Positions 46,074-56,386 are shown, counted from the stretch's first letter. The stretch: DNA of 64,000 bases from Chthonomonadaceae bacterium (GCA_035650735.1 DASRGZ010000064.1:1-64000); one strand, 5' to 3'. Numbers and translations: made by a program. Notes: generated by a model from the letters alone, not told the origin.

Positions 46074-47273
46074 TCACCGGGGCCAATCTTCGACTTCGAC
46101 GGCGACTTTGCCGTTTCCTGCTCCGGCGCCGGCAGAGGGCGATGCAGACGAAATCTGCGTGACCACTTCACCGGTGCGAGAGGTATCATACCCACCGAGC
46201 ACTTCCAACTGGCAACGCACCCAGCGGTGATGCAGCGTGCCGAAAAGTTGCCGGATGGGTTCGTGCCGCAGGGAGGCTTCCAGCAACGCCAAATCGTAGC
46301 GCACCCGACGTAGCGGCACGAAGGATAGTCCGTAAACAGCCGCAAGGGCAGCCGTGCTCACGCCGACGTCGGCCCAGCCTGCGCTCACCGCACAGGCGAT
46401 CTCCTGGTGGCTGCCGACCACACGATCATAGCCCTGGACTGCGGTGACGGGAACTCCCTCCTCGCTTAGCAGGGTGTCCAATAGCAGACGAGACCCCGCG
46501 CCCTCCTCCCGATTTACCAGAACCACATCCGCCCGTGTGAGATCGGCCCCATGCCGGATTCCCTTCGGGTTGCCGGGCGCGACGACGAAGCCCTCCTCCC
46601 AGACACCCAGATTGACCAGGATGACCGTGCGGCCTGGAAGCGCCTGTCGCACGAAGGGCGTATTGTACTCCCCGGTCGCCGGGTCATAAAGATGACAACC
46701 TGCCGCATGGACTTCGCCCCGCGCCAGACTGTCGAGCGCCGCCATACTGTTGGCGTGAGTCCAATGGACGCGCAGCCCTGGATACCAGCGTTCGGCGGAG
46801 CGCGCCCACAGGGAGAGGGCAGGCGTGCATCCAGCGATGACGACCGTCCGCAGCAAGTTCTCCGGGTCGTCCAGCAGTTTGACCGCAACCTGCTCCCCAC
46901 CTGGTTTCGGGTCACCGAGACCATCGGCGGGAACCATCTCCGTCCGAAACGCGCTTAAGCCAATGAGGGGATGCGCCACCCACTGCCCATTCACCTGCGC
47001 CAACGTCACGCGCGTGCGTGTCCCCGCTGGAATCGTTCCCGCAGACCGGGCTTCGATGGTCGGCAAATCCTCCTCCAACCAGAACAGGTCTTCCACGCGA
47101 CACCCCAACGCTTTTGCCAGCCGAAGCGCGACCGCCGCCGAAGGCGCATACTGTCCGGCTTCAATCCCGCCGATGGTTTGCCGGGTGATGCCCGCCGCGT
47201 CCGCCAGTTGTTGCTGGCTCAACCCAAGTCGGTTGCGCGTAGATTTCAGGTTATTCGAGAGGCCGCTTTCCAT
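46074..47273 (-). CDS. XRE-HTH + molybdate-type periplasmic-binding-domain transcriptional regulator
   Basis: GLSQQQLADAAGITRQTIGGIEAG; NSMAALDSL, HAAGCH, NREEGAGSR, RYDL; divergent from modAB. Confidence 0.88.
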   Translation of the reverse strand: MESGLSNNLKSTRNRLGLSQQQLADAAGITRQTIGGIEAGQYAPSAAVALRLAKALGCRVEDLFWLEEDLPTIEARSAGTIPAGTRTRVTLAQVNGQWVAHPLIGLSAFRTEMVPADGLGDPKPGGEQVAVKLLDDPENLLRTVVIAGCTPALSLWARSAERWYPGLRVHWTHANSMAALDSLARGEVHAAGCHLYDPATGEYNTPFVRQALPGRTVILVNLGVWEEGFVVAPGNPKGIRHGADLTRADVVLVNREEGAGSRLLLDTLLSEEGVPVTAVQGYDRVVGSHQEIACAVSAGWADVGVSTAALAAVYGLSFVPLRRVRYDLALLEASLRHEPIRQLFGTLHHRWVRCQLEVLGGYDTSRTGEVVTQISSASPSAGAGAGNGKVAVEVEDWPR

Positions 47274-47317
47274 TCTCGTATTTATCCTCTGGCCCAAGAT
47301 GAGATAAGCCCCTGGTC

Positions 47318-47366
47318 GGCAAGTATTTTATACCACTTGACAAAAATACTTGCCAGAGAGTATTCT
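47318..47366 (+). promoter_or_regulatory. Palindromic operator overlapping a sigma70 promoter
   Basis: GGCAAGTATTTT-N13-AAAATACTTGCC; TTGACA(47337)-18-TATTCT. Confidence 0.75.
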
Positions 47367-47400
47367 TTTCAGACACCCAATCTGAAGAGGAAACGCCACC

Positions 47401-48183
47401 ATGCGAAAGCGCGCCTTCACTCTGATTGAATTGCTCGTGGTCATTGCCATTATCGCGATTCTGGCTGCCATCCTGTTTCCTGTCTTCGCTCAGGCCCGCG
47501 AGAAAGCACGGACAACCACCTGCATCAGCAATCAGCACCAGATCGGGTTGGCGCTGGCGATGTACCGCAATGACTACGACGAAGTCAACTGCCGGTATCG
47601 TTTCTGCGATCCCTCTTACGCCAACGATCCGCTGTGTCTGAACCTTGCCAAACCCACCACCTACACCGGGCCATTAGAAACCTGGTGGGCGCCCTATGAC
47701 GGCAGCCTTCCCGGCGGGCCGGAGCCGACCGTACCCCTACCCACGAATTATACCGGCCTCAAGGCAGGATTCTTACAACCCTACGTCAAGAACCAGCAGA
47801 TCTTCCGCTGTCCCTCCTACGCTAAAGGGCAAGTCGGCTATGCCATGAGTTATATCGTCAATGGGCCGATGGGCCAGCCGGACGCCTTCGTGGTCAACCC
47901 GACCGTCTACTTTGTCTGGGATCATGCCAGAACGCCCGGCTGCGCCAACACAGGAAGAACAGAGGGAACGCCCGACGACCCCGATCACTACTCGCCCGCT
48001 ATCCCCGGCAATCGCGGCCCCTTTCCGCTCGACCAGGAGACGGCAGAGCACACCCACTATCCCGCGCGGCATGTGGATGGTTTTGTGGGCCTGCGTTATG
48101 ATGGCAGTTCCAAGTTCCGCCAATACAGCAGCCTGAAAACGGTTCTCCACAGCCCCGACTTTGCCGCCGACTGGAAGCCGTAA
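47401..48183 (+). CDS. Prepilin-type N-terminal cleavage/methylation (DUF1559-like) protein
   Basis: [48 protein letters not shown]...YDG tail. Confidence 0.92.
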   Translation: MRKRAFTLIELLVVIAIIAILAAILFPVFAQAREKARTTTCISNQHQIGLALAMYRNDYDEVNCRYRFCDPSYANDPLCLNLAKPTTYTGPLETWWAPYDGSLPGGPEPTVPLPTNYTGLKAGFLQPYVKNQQIFRCPSYAKGQVGYAMSYIVNGPMGQPDAFVVNPTVYFVWDHARTPGCANTGRTEGTPDDPDHYSPAIPGNRGPFPLDQETAEHTHYPARHVDGFVGLRYDGSSKFRQYSSLKTVLHSPDFAADWKP

Positions 48184-48257
48184 CTTATCCCCAACCTTAA
48201 AGGATGGGGCTTTGATAATTACACAGCCAGAGGCTAAATGCCGTGAAAGATAGCAGC

Positions 48258-49094
48258 ATGAAACAGGTATATCTTCGCGCCTGTCTGGTGGCCGTCCTGA
48301 CCATCCTACCCGTATATAGCCGGGCGGATGAAATTCTCGTCTCGGCAGCAGCCTCTCTGACCGATGCCTTTAACGAGATCGGCATGGCCTACACAAAGGC
48401 GAACCCTAAGACGACCGTACGGTTCAACTTCGGCGCGTCCGGCGCGCTCCAACAGCAGATTATGCAGGGCGCCCCTGTAGATGTATTTGCCTCGGCTTCG
48501 CCCAAAGAAATGGACGCCCTGCAACAGGCGCGACGTATAGAGGCTGCCACACGCGCCGACTTCGCGGGCAATCGCCTGGTTCTCATTGCGCCGGTGCGGA
48601 GCGGAATCAAGCGCTGGGAAGACCTGCGCTTGCCTGCCGTGCGCCGCGTGGCTCTTTCCAACCCCGATTCGGTTCCTTCCGGCAGATACGCACAGGAGAC
48701 GCTGACCAAACGCGGCTTGTGGAGCGTCGTGCAGCCGAAGGCCATCCTGGGTGAGAACGTGCGCCAGACGCTCACTTACGTCGCCAGCGGCGACGTGGAC
48801 GCCGGGATCGTGTTCGCCACGGACGCACAAATCGAAAAGCAGCGGGTGCGCGTGGTACAGGACGCCATTCCAGGCCGAGATCACCAACCCATTGTTTACC
48901 CGGCTGCCGTGATTGTCGGCGCGCCCAACGGCCCCGCCGCACGTCGGTTTGTGGCGTTTCTACACAGCCGCACGGCACAAGCTATCCTCGCCCGATACGG
49001 CTTCACGCCGGCACACCCGATGCCCACCCGCAAACGAAAGAAAGCGCCAATGACCAGAATCCGTAGAAACCGTCTTGATGTGAAACATCCGTGA
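48258..49094 (+). CDS. modA: Molybdate ABC transporter substrate-binding protein
   Basis: VSAAASL, NFGASGAL, GAPVDVFASA, GNRLVL, VPSGRYA, DAGIVFATD. Confidence 0.95.
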   Translation: MKQVYLRACLVAVLTILPVYSRADEILVSAAASLTDAFNEIGMAYTKANPKTTVRFNFGASGALQQQIMQGAPVDVFASASPKEMDALQQARRIEAATRADFAGNRLVLIAPVRSGIKRWEDLRLPAVRRVALSNPDSVPSGRYAQETLTKRGLWSVVQPKAILGENVRQTLTYVASGDVDAGIVFATDAQIEKQRVRVVQDAIPGRDHQPIVYPAAVIVGAPNGPAARRFVAFLHSRTAQAILARYGFTPAHPMPTRKRKKAPMTRIRRNRLDVKHP

Positions 49095-49876
49095 TGGACA
49101 CACCCCCGCTTGATTGGTCTCCGCTGTGGCTTTCCCTGCAAGTCGCAGGCGTCGCCACCCTGTTGGTGCTGCCTATCGGAATTCTGGCGGCCTGGTGGCT
49201 GGCGCATGGTCGGCGCTTCCCCGGTAAGGGGCTGATCGAGACGTTTTTGACACTGCCTCTGGTGTTGCCGCCCACGGTGGTCGGCTACTATCTGCTGCTC
49301 GTCTTCGGGCGCGGCACGTCGGTTGGGCAGTGGGTGAACGATGTCGTTGGATTGCGGCTGCTATTTACCTGGGAAGGAGCCGCAGTCGCGGCCTCCGTGA
49401 TGGCATTACCCCTGTTTGTGCGCACGGCCTCCGCCGCCTTCGCTTCCGTGGAGCGGGAACTGCTGGACGCGGGGCGGACGCTGGGCGCGACGGAACGCGC
49501 CCTGTTGTTCTGGGTGATTATCCCCATGTCCTATCGCGGGCTGTTAGCGGGCCTGGCGTTGGCGTTCGCACGGGCGCTCGGCGAGTTCGGCGCGACACTG
49601 ATGGTAGCCGGCTCGATTCCGGGGCGCACGCAGACGCTTCCGCTGGCCCTCTACGCGGCAGTGCAGGCGGGCAAAGGCCGGGAGGCGTTAGGGTATACGG
49701 TGCTACTCTCCGTGGTAGCTTTCGTGGTGCTGGCGAGCGTAGGCGCATACCAAAAATCGGGTTGCCGTTCTCCGTGGGGAGCGCTAGTGGAAAAACGGAA
49801 GTCTGCCGAATCAGGCCACCGCGCAGGTTACAGTGACAACGGAACGGCCCTGCCCTATCCACTCCAAAGGCTATAG
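49091..49876 (+). CDS. modB: Molybdate ABC transporter permease (3' end possibly frameshifted)
   Basis: LPLVLPPTVVGY, FARALGEFGATLMVAGSIPG. Confidence 0.92.
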   Translation: MMDTPPLDWSPLWLSLQVAGVATLLVLPIGILAAWWLAHGRRFPGKGLIETFLTLPLVLPPTVVGYYLLLVFGRGTSVGQWVNDVVGLRLLFTWEGAAVAASVMALPLFVRTASAAFASVERELLDAGRTLGATERALLFWVIIPMSYRGLLAGLALAFARALGEFGATLMVAGSIPGRTQTLPLALYAAVQAGKGREALGYTVLLSVVAFVVLASVGAYQKSGCRSPWGALVEKRKSAESGHRAGYSDNGTALPYPLQRL

Positions 49877-51837
49877 ATTGGGATGTTGAAGATCAGGCCC
49901 AACAGCGTCCAGATGCCGCCGATGAGAAAATCGCCCAGGATCACCCCGAAGAAGAACGGCAGTCCGGCCCGATAGCCGCGCAGGCCGCTATAGCGGAGGA
50001 TGAACGTCTTGAGTACCCAGGCCACGAACAGGCTCAGCCACGCCCACCACATAGACCAGCCGCCGGAGATGGCAAAGCCCAGAGCATGGAACGGCCAGCC
50101 GTAGACGTTCATCTTGATGAGAATGAGCGCCGAGGCGATCAGGAAGCCGATGACCATCGCCATGCTCGCCGGAGTATCCGGGTTGGTGGGCGAGGAGAGC
50201 CAGCTTGAGAGCCGGTTGTACGCCTCCGTGCCGAAGCCCAGCGACGACCAGCCGTGAATGCGCGCCGCCGCGCCAAGGCGATAGGAGACGTGCAGCGTCG
50301 TCCAGAAGGTCGCTACAATCCCCACAAACGCCGCCAGCAGCATCGCGGCCAGCCAGCCCCGCAGAGAGGTTCGGCTGATCTGCGCCATTTTGAAGCCCTC
50401 CAATTCGTGAGGCATCGGATGGCAGCGGTAGGCCCGATTGAACCAGTAGTAGATGGTGAAGACGGCCAGTGCCGACGGCCCCAGGTTCTTGGAGCCGAAC
50501 AGCGTGTAGAGCGATTGATAGGGGCCGATGAAGTGCAGATCGTGGGTCGGTGGGCCAAGCTCGGCGCGCATCCGCGTGACGGAGATGGCGATGGCAAAGT
50601 AGATCAGGAAGAAGAGTACGCCCAGCCAGATCGGCAGACCCGCGTAGTACGAGAACGCCAATAGAAAGACGATGCCCGCCAGCGCGCCGAAGACGGCGGT
50701 ACGGAAGCGCATCGGCTCGCCTTCATCCGAGACGGGCGCGGCCTTGCCGATGGCCCGCAGCCAGACGTTCCGCAGGTGAGGCCGCGCCGTCCAGAGCGCG
50801 AAGACGCAGATCGCCATGTACCCGCCGAACATCTGCTCGTCCACGTAGGGGAAAGTCGGGTGCTCGGCCATGTAGCCCATCGCGCTGGCCGCGACTTTCT
50901 CCAGCTTCCAGAAGAGGAAGAAGAACCAGCAGCTAAACAGCAAGTCTATGGGCAGCAGGTAGCCCAGGCCGACGATGAAGGGGAAGATCGCCAGCGGCGT
51001 CCAGCCAATCGCGTTCCAGGGCCGCGAGGGAAACCATTGCAGCGCGTCATAGCCGTTGAAGGTCAGCGCGGGAATGCTGGGGAAGAGAAAGTGCATCCCA
51101 TTGATGAAGTTCAGCCCGCCCGCAAACGCAAAGCCCATCCAGAAGAGGCGGTTGCGAAAGAGGCTGCCGTTCTCGGCGGTCATCGCCACCGGAAGCTGCA
51201 CGATGGGATAGGTCAGGCGCTCCTTCTCCGTCCACTGCGCCCGCAGCATCGTATTGAAGCAGGCCATCACCCACAGCAGCGCCATGATGAACAGCGTCCA
51301 CCAGCCTATCGGCGGCAGCCAGGCGCGCAGGGCCTCCCAGCGGTACAGGCTGGAGTTGCCCAGATAGTAGCCTTTGAGCGCCTCCTTATCGCTGACCAGC
51401 AGCCAGCTCGGTAGATACTGCCAGAAGCTCTGCCAGTTGTTCTCCGGGGTGGCGAACCAGTAGCCGTGGGGCATCATGCTGATGAGCGGCGAGAGGAAGT
51501 CTACGGCAGGCATCACCGTGGCAATGGAGATCATGCTGAAGACGACCAGCAGTTCCCCCTGCCGCAACGCATAGCGCGGCGCGAGGCGGTATACCAGCCG
51601 ATTCGCTGCCGTTACCAGCAGGAGAAAAAAGACGGCGGTGAAGAATAGGGAGATGGTGCTGCTGAAGGCGCGGCCATCCACTCTCTCCATCAGCACCACC
51701 CAGATAATATCGGGCGGGATCAGCGCCAGGCCGATCAGGACGGAACGCAGAGAGAGGGCACGCGGCGCGGCCCGCTGCGCGGCGGCGGCGACCGCCTGCT
51801 GCCTATCCGACGGGGCAATGTGCGGGGAAACCGTCAT
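49855..51837 (-). CDS. Large polytopic membrane protein (DUF6785/DUF6784-like putative transporter)
   Basis: Many hydrophobic helices; QWTEKERLTYPIVQLP, RMRAELG, WPFHALG, PFFFGVILGD; start uncertain. Confidence 0.75.
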   Translation of the reverse strand: MTVSPHIAPSDRQQAVAAAAQRAAPRALSLRSVLIGLALIPPDIIWVVLMERVDGRAFSSTISLFFTAVFFLLLVTAANRLVYRLAPRYALRQGELLVVFSMISIATVMPAVDFLSPLISMMPHGYWFATPENNWQSFWQYLPSWLLVSDKEALKGYYLGNSSLYRWEALRAWLPPIGWWTLFIMALLWVMACFNTMLRAQWTEKERLTYPIVQLPVAMTAENGSLFRNRLFWMGFAFAGGLNFINGMHFLFPSIPALTFNGYDALQWFPSRPWNAIGWTPLAIFPFIVGLGYLLPIDLLFSCWFFFLFWKLEKVAASAMGYMAEHPTFPYVDEQMFGGYMAICVFALWTARPHLRNVWLRAIGKAAPVSDEGEPMRFRTAVFGALAGIVFLLAFSYYAGLPIWLGVLFFLIYFAIAISVTRMRAELGPPTHDLHFIGPYQSLYTLFGSKNLGPSALAVFTIYYWFNRAYRCHPMPHELEGFKMAQISRTSLRGWLAAMLLAAFVGIVATFWTTLHVSYRLGAAARIHGWSSLGFGTEAYNRLSSWLSSPTNPDTPASMAMVIGFLIASALILIKMNVYGWPFHALGFAISGGWSMWWAWLSLFVAWVLKTFILRYSGLRGYRAGLPFFFGVILGDFLIGGIWTLLGLIFNIPIYSLWSG

Positions 51838-52000
51838 CCACATACTCCGGGCCATCCGGCCAATCGCGAGAAGCTGCTGCCTGCTGCAAACGATTTGGGG
51901 TTAATTCGTTGGGCCGGCTGCGTTCTCCTGCACAAACCCTGCCTCCAAAAGCAGCAAACCGCTTCCCCAGGGCAAGCAATACGGCACGCAAAAAATCAAG

Positions 52001-52029
52001 TTGACAGCCAAAGCGACCGTTGTTATAAT
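52001..52029 (+). promoter_or_regulatory. Consensus sigma70 promoter
   Basis: TTGACA-17-TATAAT with extended -10 TG. Confidence 0.85.
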
Positions 52030-52110
52030 GCTCCCATCGTACCAAAATTCGTCTCTCGCGCCAATCTTGTTCTAATTGCATCCATTCCAACGAAGGAAGG
52101 GGGTGAAGTG

Positions 52111-52356
52111 GTGAAGAAAGAGATCAATCCCCGTGTGATGATCGGCGTTCTCGTGTGCGTCGTGGTGATTGCCGTTTTTTTCCTCTACCGAGCGGCCACG
52201 GAGAAGCCGATGTATCCCGGCTATAACGTTTGGCCGGGAGGCAAGCCCATGACGGCGGAGAGCGTCCGTAAGATGGGAGCGAGCGGGGCTGGGCCCGGTC
52301 AGGCCAATCCCTATGCTCAGTCCAATACCGGTACGAACACGAACGCAGGGCGTTAA
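52111..52356 (+). CDS. Small single-TM protein (KKEINP family)
   Basis: GGGGGTGA RBS, GTG start; KKEINP + TM; paralog at 63800. Confidence 0.75.
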   Translation: MKKEINPRVMIGVLVCVVVIAVFFLYRAATEKPMYPGYNVWPGGKPMTAESVRKMGASGAGPGQANPYAQSNTGTNTNAGR

Positions 52357-52404
52357 TCTCCGCGCCGTTACGACGCGGAAACGATGAGAACAAGGAGAGC
52401 TATC

Positions 52405-53238
52405 ATGCGTAAGCGTGGGTTTACTCTGATTGAACTGCTCGTCGTCATCGCCATTATCGCGATATTGGCAGCCATTCTCTTCCCCGTCTTTGCCCAGGCG
52501 CGCGAACAGGCGCGCAAGACAAGCTGCCTTTCCAACCTCAAACAGCAGGGGCTGGGACTGCTGATGTATGCTCAGGACTATGATGAGCAATCGGTGCCCT
52601 GGGCCGACCCGAACTACAACAAAGACTCGGATGGCTTTGTGTTGGCCTTCGACCGGCTGATTCAGCCCTACCTGAAAAACAACATGATTACCGGCTGCCC
52701 CAGTGATCTTTCGCCGGGAACGGGCCAGTTCCCCAAGGGCGGCCCGGTGGTCATTCGCTCCTATTCCATGCCCGGAAGCATGGGCGGAGGCTGGTGTCCC
52801 ACCACGCCCGCGCGCCGCATGGCTGCCGTTCCCAAGCCTGCGCAGACTATCTACCTGACCGAGCGCGATAACTGCGCCGCCAGCCCGGCCACCTGGGGCG
52901 ACGACCCCCGGCCCGCCTGGAACTGGTGCGGCGTCAACGACCTGGAAAGCGAGATGGCCTGGCGGCATAATCGCACCGCGAACTTCCTTTACGTGGACGG
53001 GCACGCCAAAGCCGCTCCTTACGTCCAGGGGAAGAACCATCCGGCCAACACAGGAGAGGTCGGCTGGGCCCAAAAGTACTCCGGCCTCTATAAGTTCCCC
53101 GGCTACGACTGGAGTAAGACGGACGGCTCCCTGTGGGGCGCTTACCTTCCCATCCCTGGCGGCGGACCGGCTCTTCAGTCCTTTGACGACCATGTCTGCC
53201 CCAACAAGGTGCCCGTAGACGAAGAGGTTCCCGATTAA
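52405..53238 (+). CDS. Prepilin-type N-terminal cleavage/methylation protein with H-X9-DG motif (DUF1559-like)
   Basis: [46 protein letters not shown]. Confidence 0.93.
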   Translation: MRKRGFTLIELLVVIAIIAILAAILFPVFAQAREQARKTSCLSNLKQQGLGLLMYAQDYDEQSVPWADPNYNKDSDGFVLAFDRLIQPYLKNNMITGCPSDLSPGTGQFPKGGPVVIRSYSMPGSMGGGWCPTTPARRMAAVPKPAQTIYLTERDNCAASPATWGDDPRPAWNWCGVNDLESEMAWRHNRTANFLYVDGHAKAAPYVQGKNHPANTGEVGWAQKYSGLYKFPGYDWSKTDGSLWGAYLPIPGGGPALQSFDDHVCPNKVPVDEEVPD

Positions 53239-53292
53239 ATCCGCCTCAAGCACGCTCTCTGCCGCCACCGACAGAGAACCCGATTGATGACC

Positions 53293-53330
53293 GCGCCCCC
53301 CTCTCTGATAGAGATAGAGAAGGGGGCGCC
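53293..53330 (+). terminator. Hairpin downstream of the prepilin gene
   Basis: GCGCCCCC...GGGGGCGC stem, weak U tail. Confidence 0.4.
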
Positions 53331-53376
53331 AATTCTGTGCAGGAAGGGGACGCCGCTTCTCTAGAAGGAGGCTATC

Positions 53377-53859
53377 ATGGCTGCCGGTTCCACACTTGCC
53401 AGGAAGCGCGTCTGGCTTATTCTCGTCTTCGCTTTTATCGCTTCGATAGGCATTTATGGAGCGCTGGTCTGCCTTCTACAGCAGCAGCGACCGGCGCCTC
53501 CCTCTCCGGCGGTACTTTCCACGCTGCGTCCCGTTCTCTATCTGCTGGCTATCGCGTGTCTGCTGGCGTCCGTAGGCTGGATGCATGGGAACACGCGGAA
53601 CCTGCCCGGCGGCGCTTTCTCCCCGGCTGCACCTCCACCATTGCCTGCACCGGAGCGCTTCCAGACTATCACCGTGATCGCGCTGGCGCTGGCAGAGGCT
53701 TGCGCGATTATGGGCCTTGTGCTGTTCTTCCTGGGCGCGTCCGCCGTGGAATTTGCCCGCTTCGCCCTGGGCACGGTGATTGTGGATGCGCTCTCTATTC
53801 TGCCCAGGGGCATCCGCTATTGGGCCGCCTGGGAACGGCAATCCTCCTTGACATCGTAA
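53377..53859 (+). CDS. Hypothetical membrane protein (about 4 TM)
   Basis: AAGGAGG RBS; hydrophobic segments; ALAE motif. Confidence 0.75.
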   Translation: MAAGSTLARKRVWLILVFAFIASIGIYGALVCLLQQQRPAPPSPAVLSTLRPVLYLLAIACLLASVGWMHGNTRNLPGGAFSPAAPPPLPAPERFQTITVIALALAEACAIMGLVLFFLGASAVEFARFALGTVIVDALSILPRGIRYWAAWERQSSLTS

Positions 53860-53966
53860 CATAACAATCGCCCCAGCCTTCTTCTCCCTGGCAAGGAAGG
53901 AACGGAACCGGGCTACCGCCGGTATTCTATAGAAGCCAAGCTAGCTTCACGTCCAGGGAAGGGAGG

Positions 53967-54848
53967 ATGCCCTTGAATGCCTTGCTCTCGCAACTGGTCT
54001 GGTTCTTCTTTCTGTTTATGGCGCTGGCCCCGGTCGTCCGTCAACGCTTCCTGATTGCGGCGCGCAGGCGGATGATCCAGGAAATCGAGCGGGTGCGCGG
54101 TAGCCGCGTTATCGTGCTCATTCATCGGCAGGAGTCGCTCTCGTTCTTGGGAATTCCGCTGTTCCGCTATATTACAATGGAGGACGCGGAGGATATACTG
54201 CGGGCCATTCGCCTGACGCCCGACACGATGCCGATAGACCTGGTGCTGCACACGCCGGGCGGCCTGGTGCTCGCCAGCCAGCAGATCGCCAATGCCCTCT
54301 GCGACCATGCGGCCAAAGTGACCGCCTTTGTTCCCCACTATGCCATGTCGGGCGGGACGCTCCTGGCCCTGGCTGCCGATGAGATCGTCATGGACCCACA
54401 CGCGGTGCTGGGGTCCGTTGACCCTCAGATCGGCCAGTACCCGGCAGCTTCCATACTCAAAGTGGTGGAGGCGAAGGAGCCCAAAGATATTGACGACCAG
54501 ACGATCATCCTGGCGGATGTCTCCCGCAAGGCGCTCCGGCAGGTCTACGATCTGGTTCGCTCGGTGCTGGTTTCTAACGGCATGGAGGAAGGGAAGGCGG
54601 AGGAGTTATCCGGCCAGCTCACGCAGGGCGTCTGGACGCACGACTATCCCATTGGGGCCAAGCAGGCGCGCGAGCTTGGCCTGCCGATCAGCACGGAACT
54701 GCCGGTGGCGATACACGAACTCATGAGCCTGTACCCGCAGCCGAGCCAGAGAACCTCCAGCGTGGACTATGTGCCGGTTCCGTATGCGCCCGTGCCAGCG
54801 CCACCGACCCCGACGGCACCGCCTGCGGAGCGCCGCACGGAAAAATAG
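53967..54848 (+). CDS. ClpP-class serine protease (SDH_sah family)
   Basis: LIHRQE, LVLHTPGG, PHYAMSGGT, LGSVDPQ, WTHDYPI. Confidence 0.92.
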   Translation: MPLNALLSQLVWFFFLFMALAPVVRQRFLIAARRRMIQEIERVRGSRVIVLIHRQESLSFLGIPLFRYITMEDAEDILRAIRLTPDTMPIDLVLHTPGGLVLASQQIANALCDHAAKVTAFVPHYAMSGGTLLALAADEIVMDPHAVLGSVDPQIGQYPAASILKVVEAKEPKDIDDQTIILADVSRKALRQVYDLVRSVLVSNGMEEGKAEELSGQLTQGVWTHDYPIGAKQARELGLPISTELPVAIHELMSLYPQPSQRTSSVDYVPVPYAPVPAPPTPTAPPAERRTEK

Positions 54849-54872
54849 GGGTCGGGACTCCGCTGGACAGAG

Positions 54873-55346
54873 TTAAGCGGCGCGGGCGCCAATGGCCTGG
54901 CGAACGAACGCCTCAATGGCTGCCGCAGGGCGCGCGCCTGCGGTGCGGGTCACCTCTCTGCCGCCAACAAATACGGCCATGGTCGGGATGGAGCGGATCT
55001 GAAAACGTTGGGCTAGCGCGGGTAGAGCCTCCGTATTGACCTTTGCAACAACAAATCGGCCCGCGTTGGCGGAAGCGACTTTAGCCAGTTCCGGCGCCAC
55101 CATACGGCACGGCCCGCACCAGGGCGCCCAGAAATCCACCACCACCGGCAGGGAAGAGGCGCCGATGAGCCTGTCAAAATAGGCGGCCTGATCCACTTCC
55201 ATCGGCTCGGCGGGCGGGGGGATGGGCGCCTTGCAGCGGCCGCAACTTCCGGTCTCTCCCAGGCGCTCAAACGGCGTGCGATTCTTCTGCCCGCAGGCAG
55301 AACAGGGGATGATCACCCCTTTCTCATCCAGCGTGATCGTGCTCAT
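54873..55346 (-). CDS. trxC: Thioredoxin 2 with N-terminal Zn ribbon
   Basis: CSAC...CGRC, DFWAPWCGPC, IRSIPT. Confidence 0.88.
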   Translation of the reverse strand: MSTITLDEKGVIIPCSACGQKNRTPFERLGETGSCGRCKAPIPPPAEPMEVDQAAYFDRLIGASSLPVVVDFWAPWCGPCRMVAPELAKVASANAGRFVVAKVNTEALPALAQRFQIRSIPTMAVFVGGREVTRTAGARPAAAIEAFVRQAIGARAA

Positions 55347-55485
55347 GGGCGTGCCTCCTCAGGATAGGACCTTTGCCCCTCTCATCGGGTCCTTTCGGGG
55401 CCAGGAAGCTATCCCGACAGAGAAGCAAAGGGCTTTTAATGAGGAACTGACGGCCACGATGCGCTATCGGTTCCCGGTCACGCCT

Positions 55486-56277
55486 TCACGCCGAATTCTG
55501 CCGCTCTGCCAGGCGCGGGAAGAGGCGATGGGCATTGCCGGTTGTGATGGCTGCAACCTCTTCCAGGGGCCTGCCGCGCACTTCGGCCAATTTTGCGGCG
55601 ACAAGACGGACATAGGCAGGTTCATTGCGCTTGCCGCGATGGGGCACGGGGGCCAGGTAAGGCGCATCTGTCTCTACCAGCAGTGCCTCCAGAGGGACGG
55701 ACGCCGCGACGGCGCGCACCTCCTCCGCGTTCTTGAAGGTCAGCGTGCCGCCAAACCCCAGCGCCATCCCCAGGCCAACAGCCCGTTCCGCGTCCGGCAG
55801 CGTTCCGGCCCAGCAATGCATCACGCCGCCCACCTCCCCGATGCCCTCTTCCGCCAGCACGTCCAGCGTCTCCGGGTAGGCTTCCCGGCAGTGGATAATG
55901 ACCGGCAGGCCGACCTCGCGCGCCAGGCGCATCTGGGCGCGAAACGCCTCGTATTGGGCCGGGCGCGGCGCAAAATCGTAATGGAAATCCAGCCCGATCT
56001 CGCCGATAGCGACGACGCGCGGGTTTTGGGCCAGCGCGCGCAGGCGCGCCGCTGCCTCCTGGCTCCAGGTCCTGGCATCGTGGGGGTGGACGGCGACGGC
56101 GGCGAACAGCACGCCGGGATACGCCTCCGCCAGTGCGACCGCCTGCTCACTGCTCGCCAGGTCGTAGCCGACCACGATCATCTGCCGCACGTCCGCCTGC
56201 TGCGCCCGTTCCAGGCACGCCGGCACGTCTCCGGCAAAGCGTTCGTGGTTCAAATGGCAGTGGGTATCTATGAGCAT
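55486..56277 (-). CDS. tatD: TatD family deoxyribonuclease
   Basis: DTHCHL, HPH, IGEIGLD, IIHCRE, ETDAPYL, RGKRNEP. Confidence 0.93.
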   Translation of the reverse strand: MLIDTHCHLNHERFAGDVPACLERAQQADVRQMIVVGYDLASSEQAVALAEAYPGVLFAAVAVHPHDARTWSQEAAARLRALAQNPRVVAIGEIGLDFHYDFAPRPAQYEAFRAQMRLAREVGLPVIIHCREAYPETLDVLAEEGIGEVGGVMHCWAGTLPDAERAVGLGMALGFGGTLTFKNAEEVRAVAASVPLEALLVETDAPYLAPVPHRGKRNEPAYVRLVAAKLAEVRGRPLEEVAAITTGNAHRLFPRLAERQNSA

Positions 56278-56327
56278 CCTGGTTGGGAGGGATTACGGGA
56301 TGTCGTGGTGCATCCAGTAGATCTTTG

Positions 56328-56386
56328 CGGCAGGCTAAACCCTGCCGCTGTGGGGCTTACAGCCCGCCGCCCACCTACGTGGGCGG
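56328..56386. repeat. Second copy of the ~59-bp multi-hairpin repeat
   Basis: Matches 2332-2390. Confidence 0.7.

Noticed and set aside
15952..56296. 15-mer GTTGGGAGGGATTAC shared between 15952 and 56282
   Set aside because: No extended similarity; a few such matches are expected by chance in 64 kb
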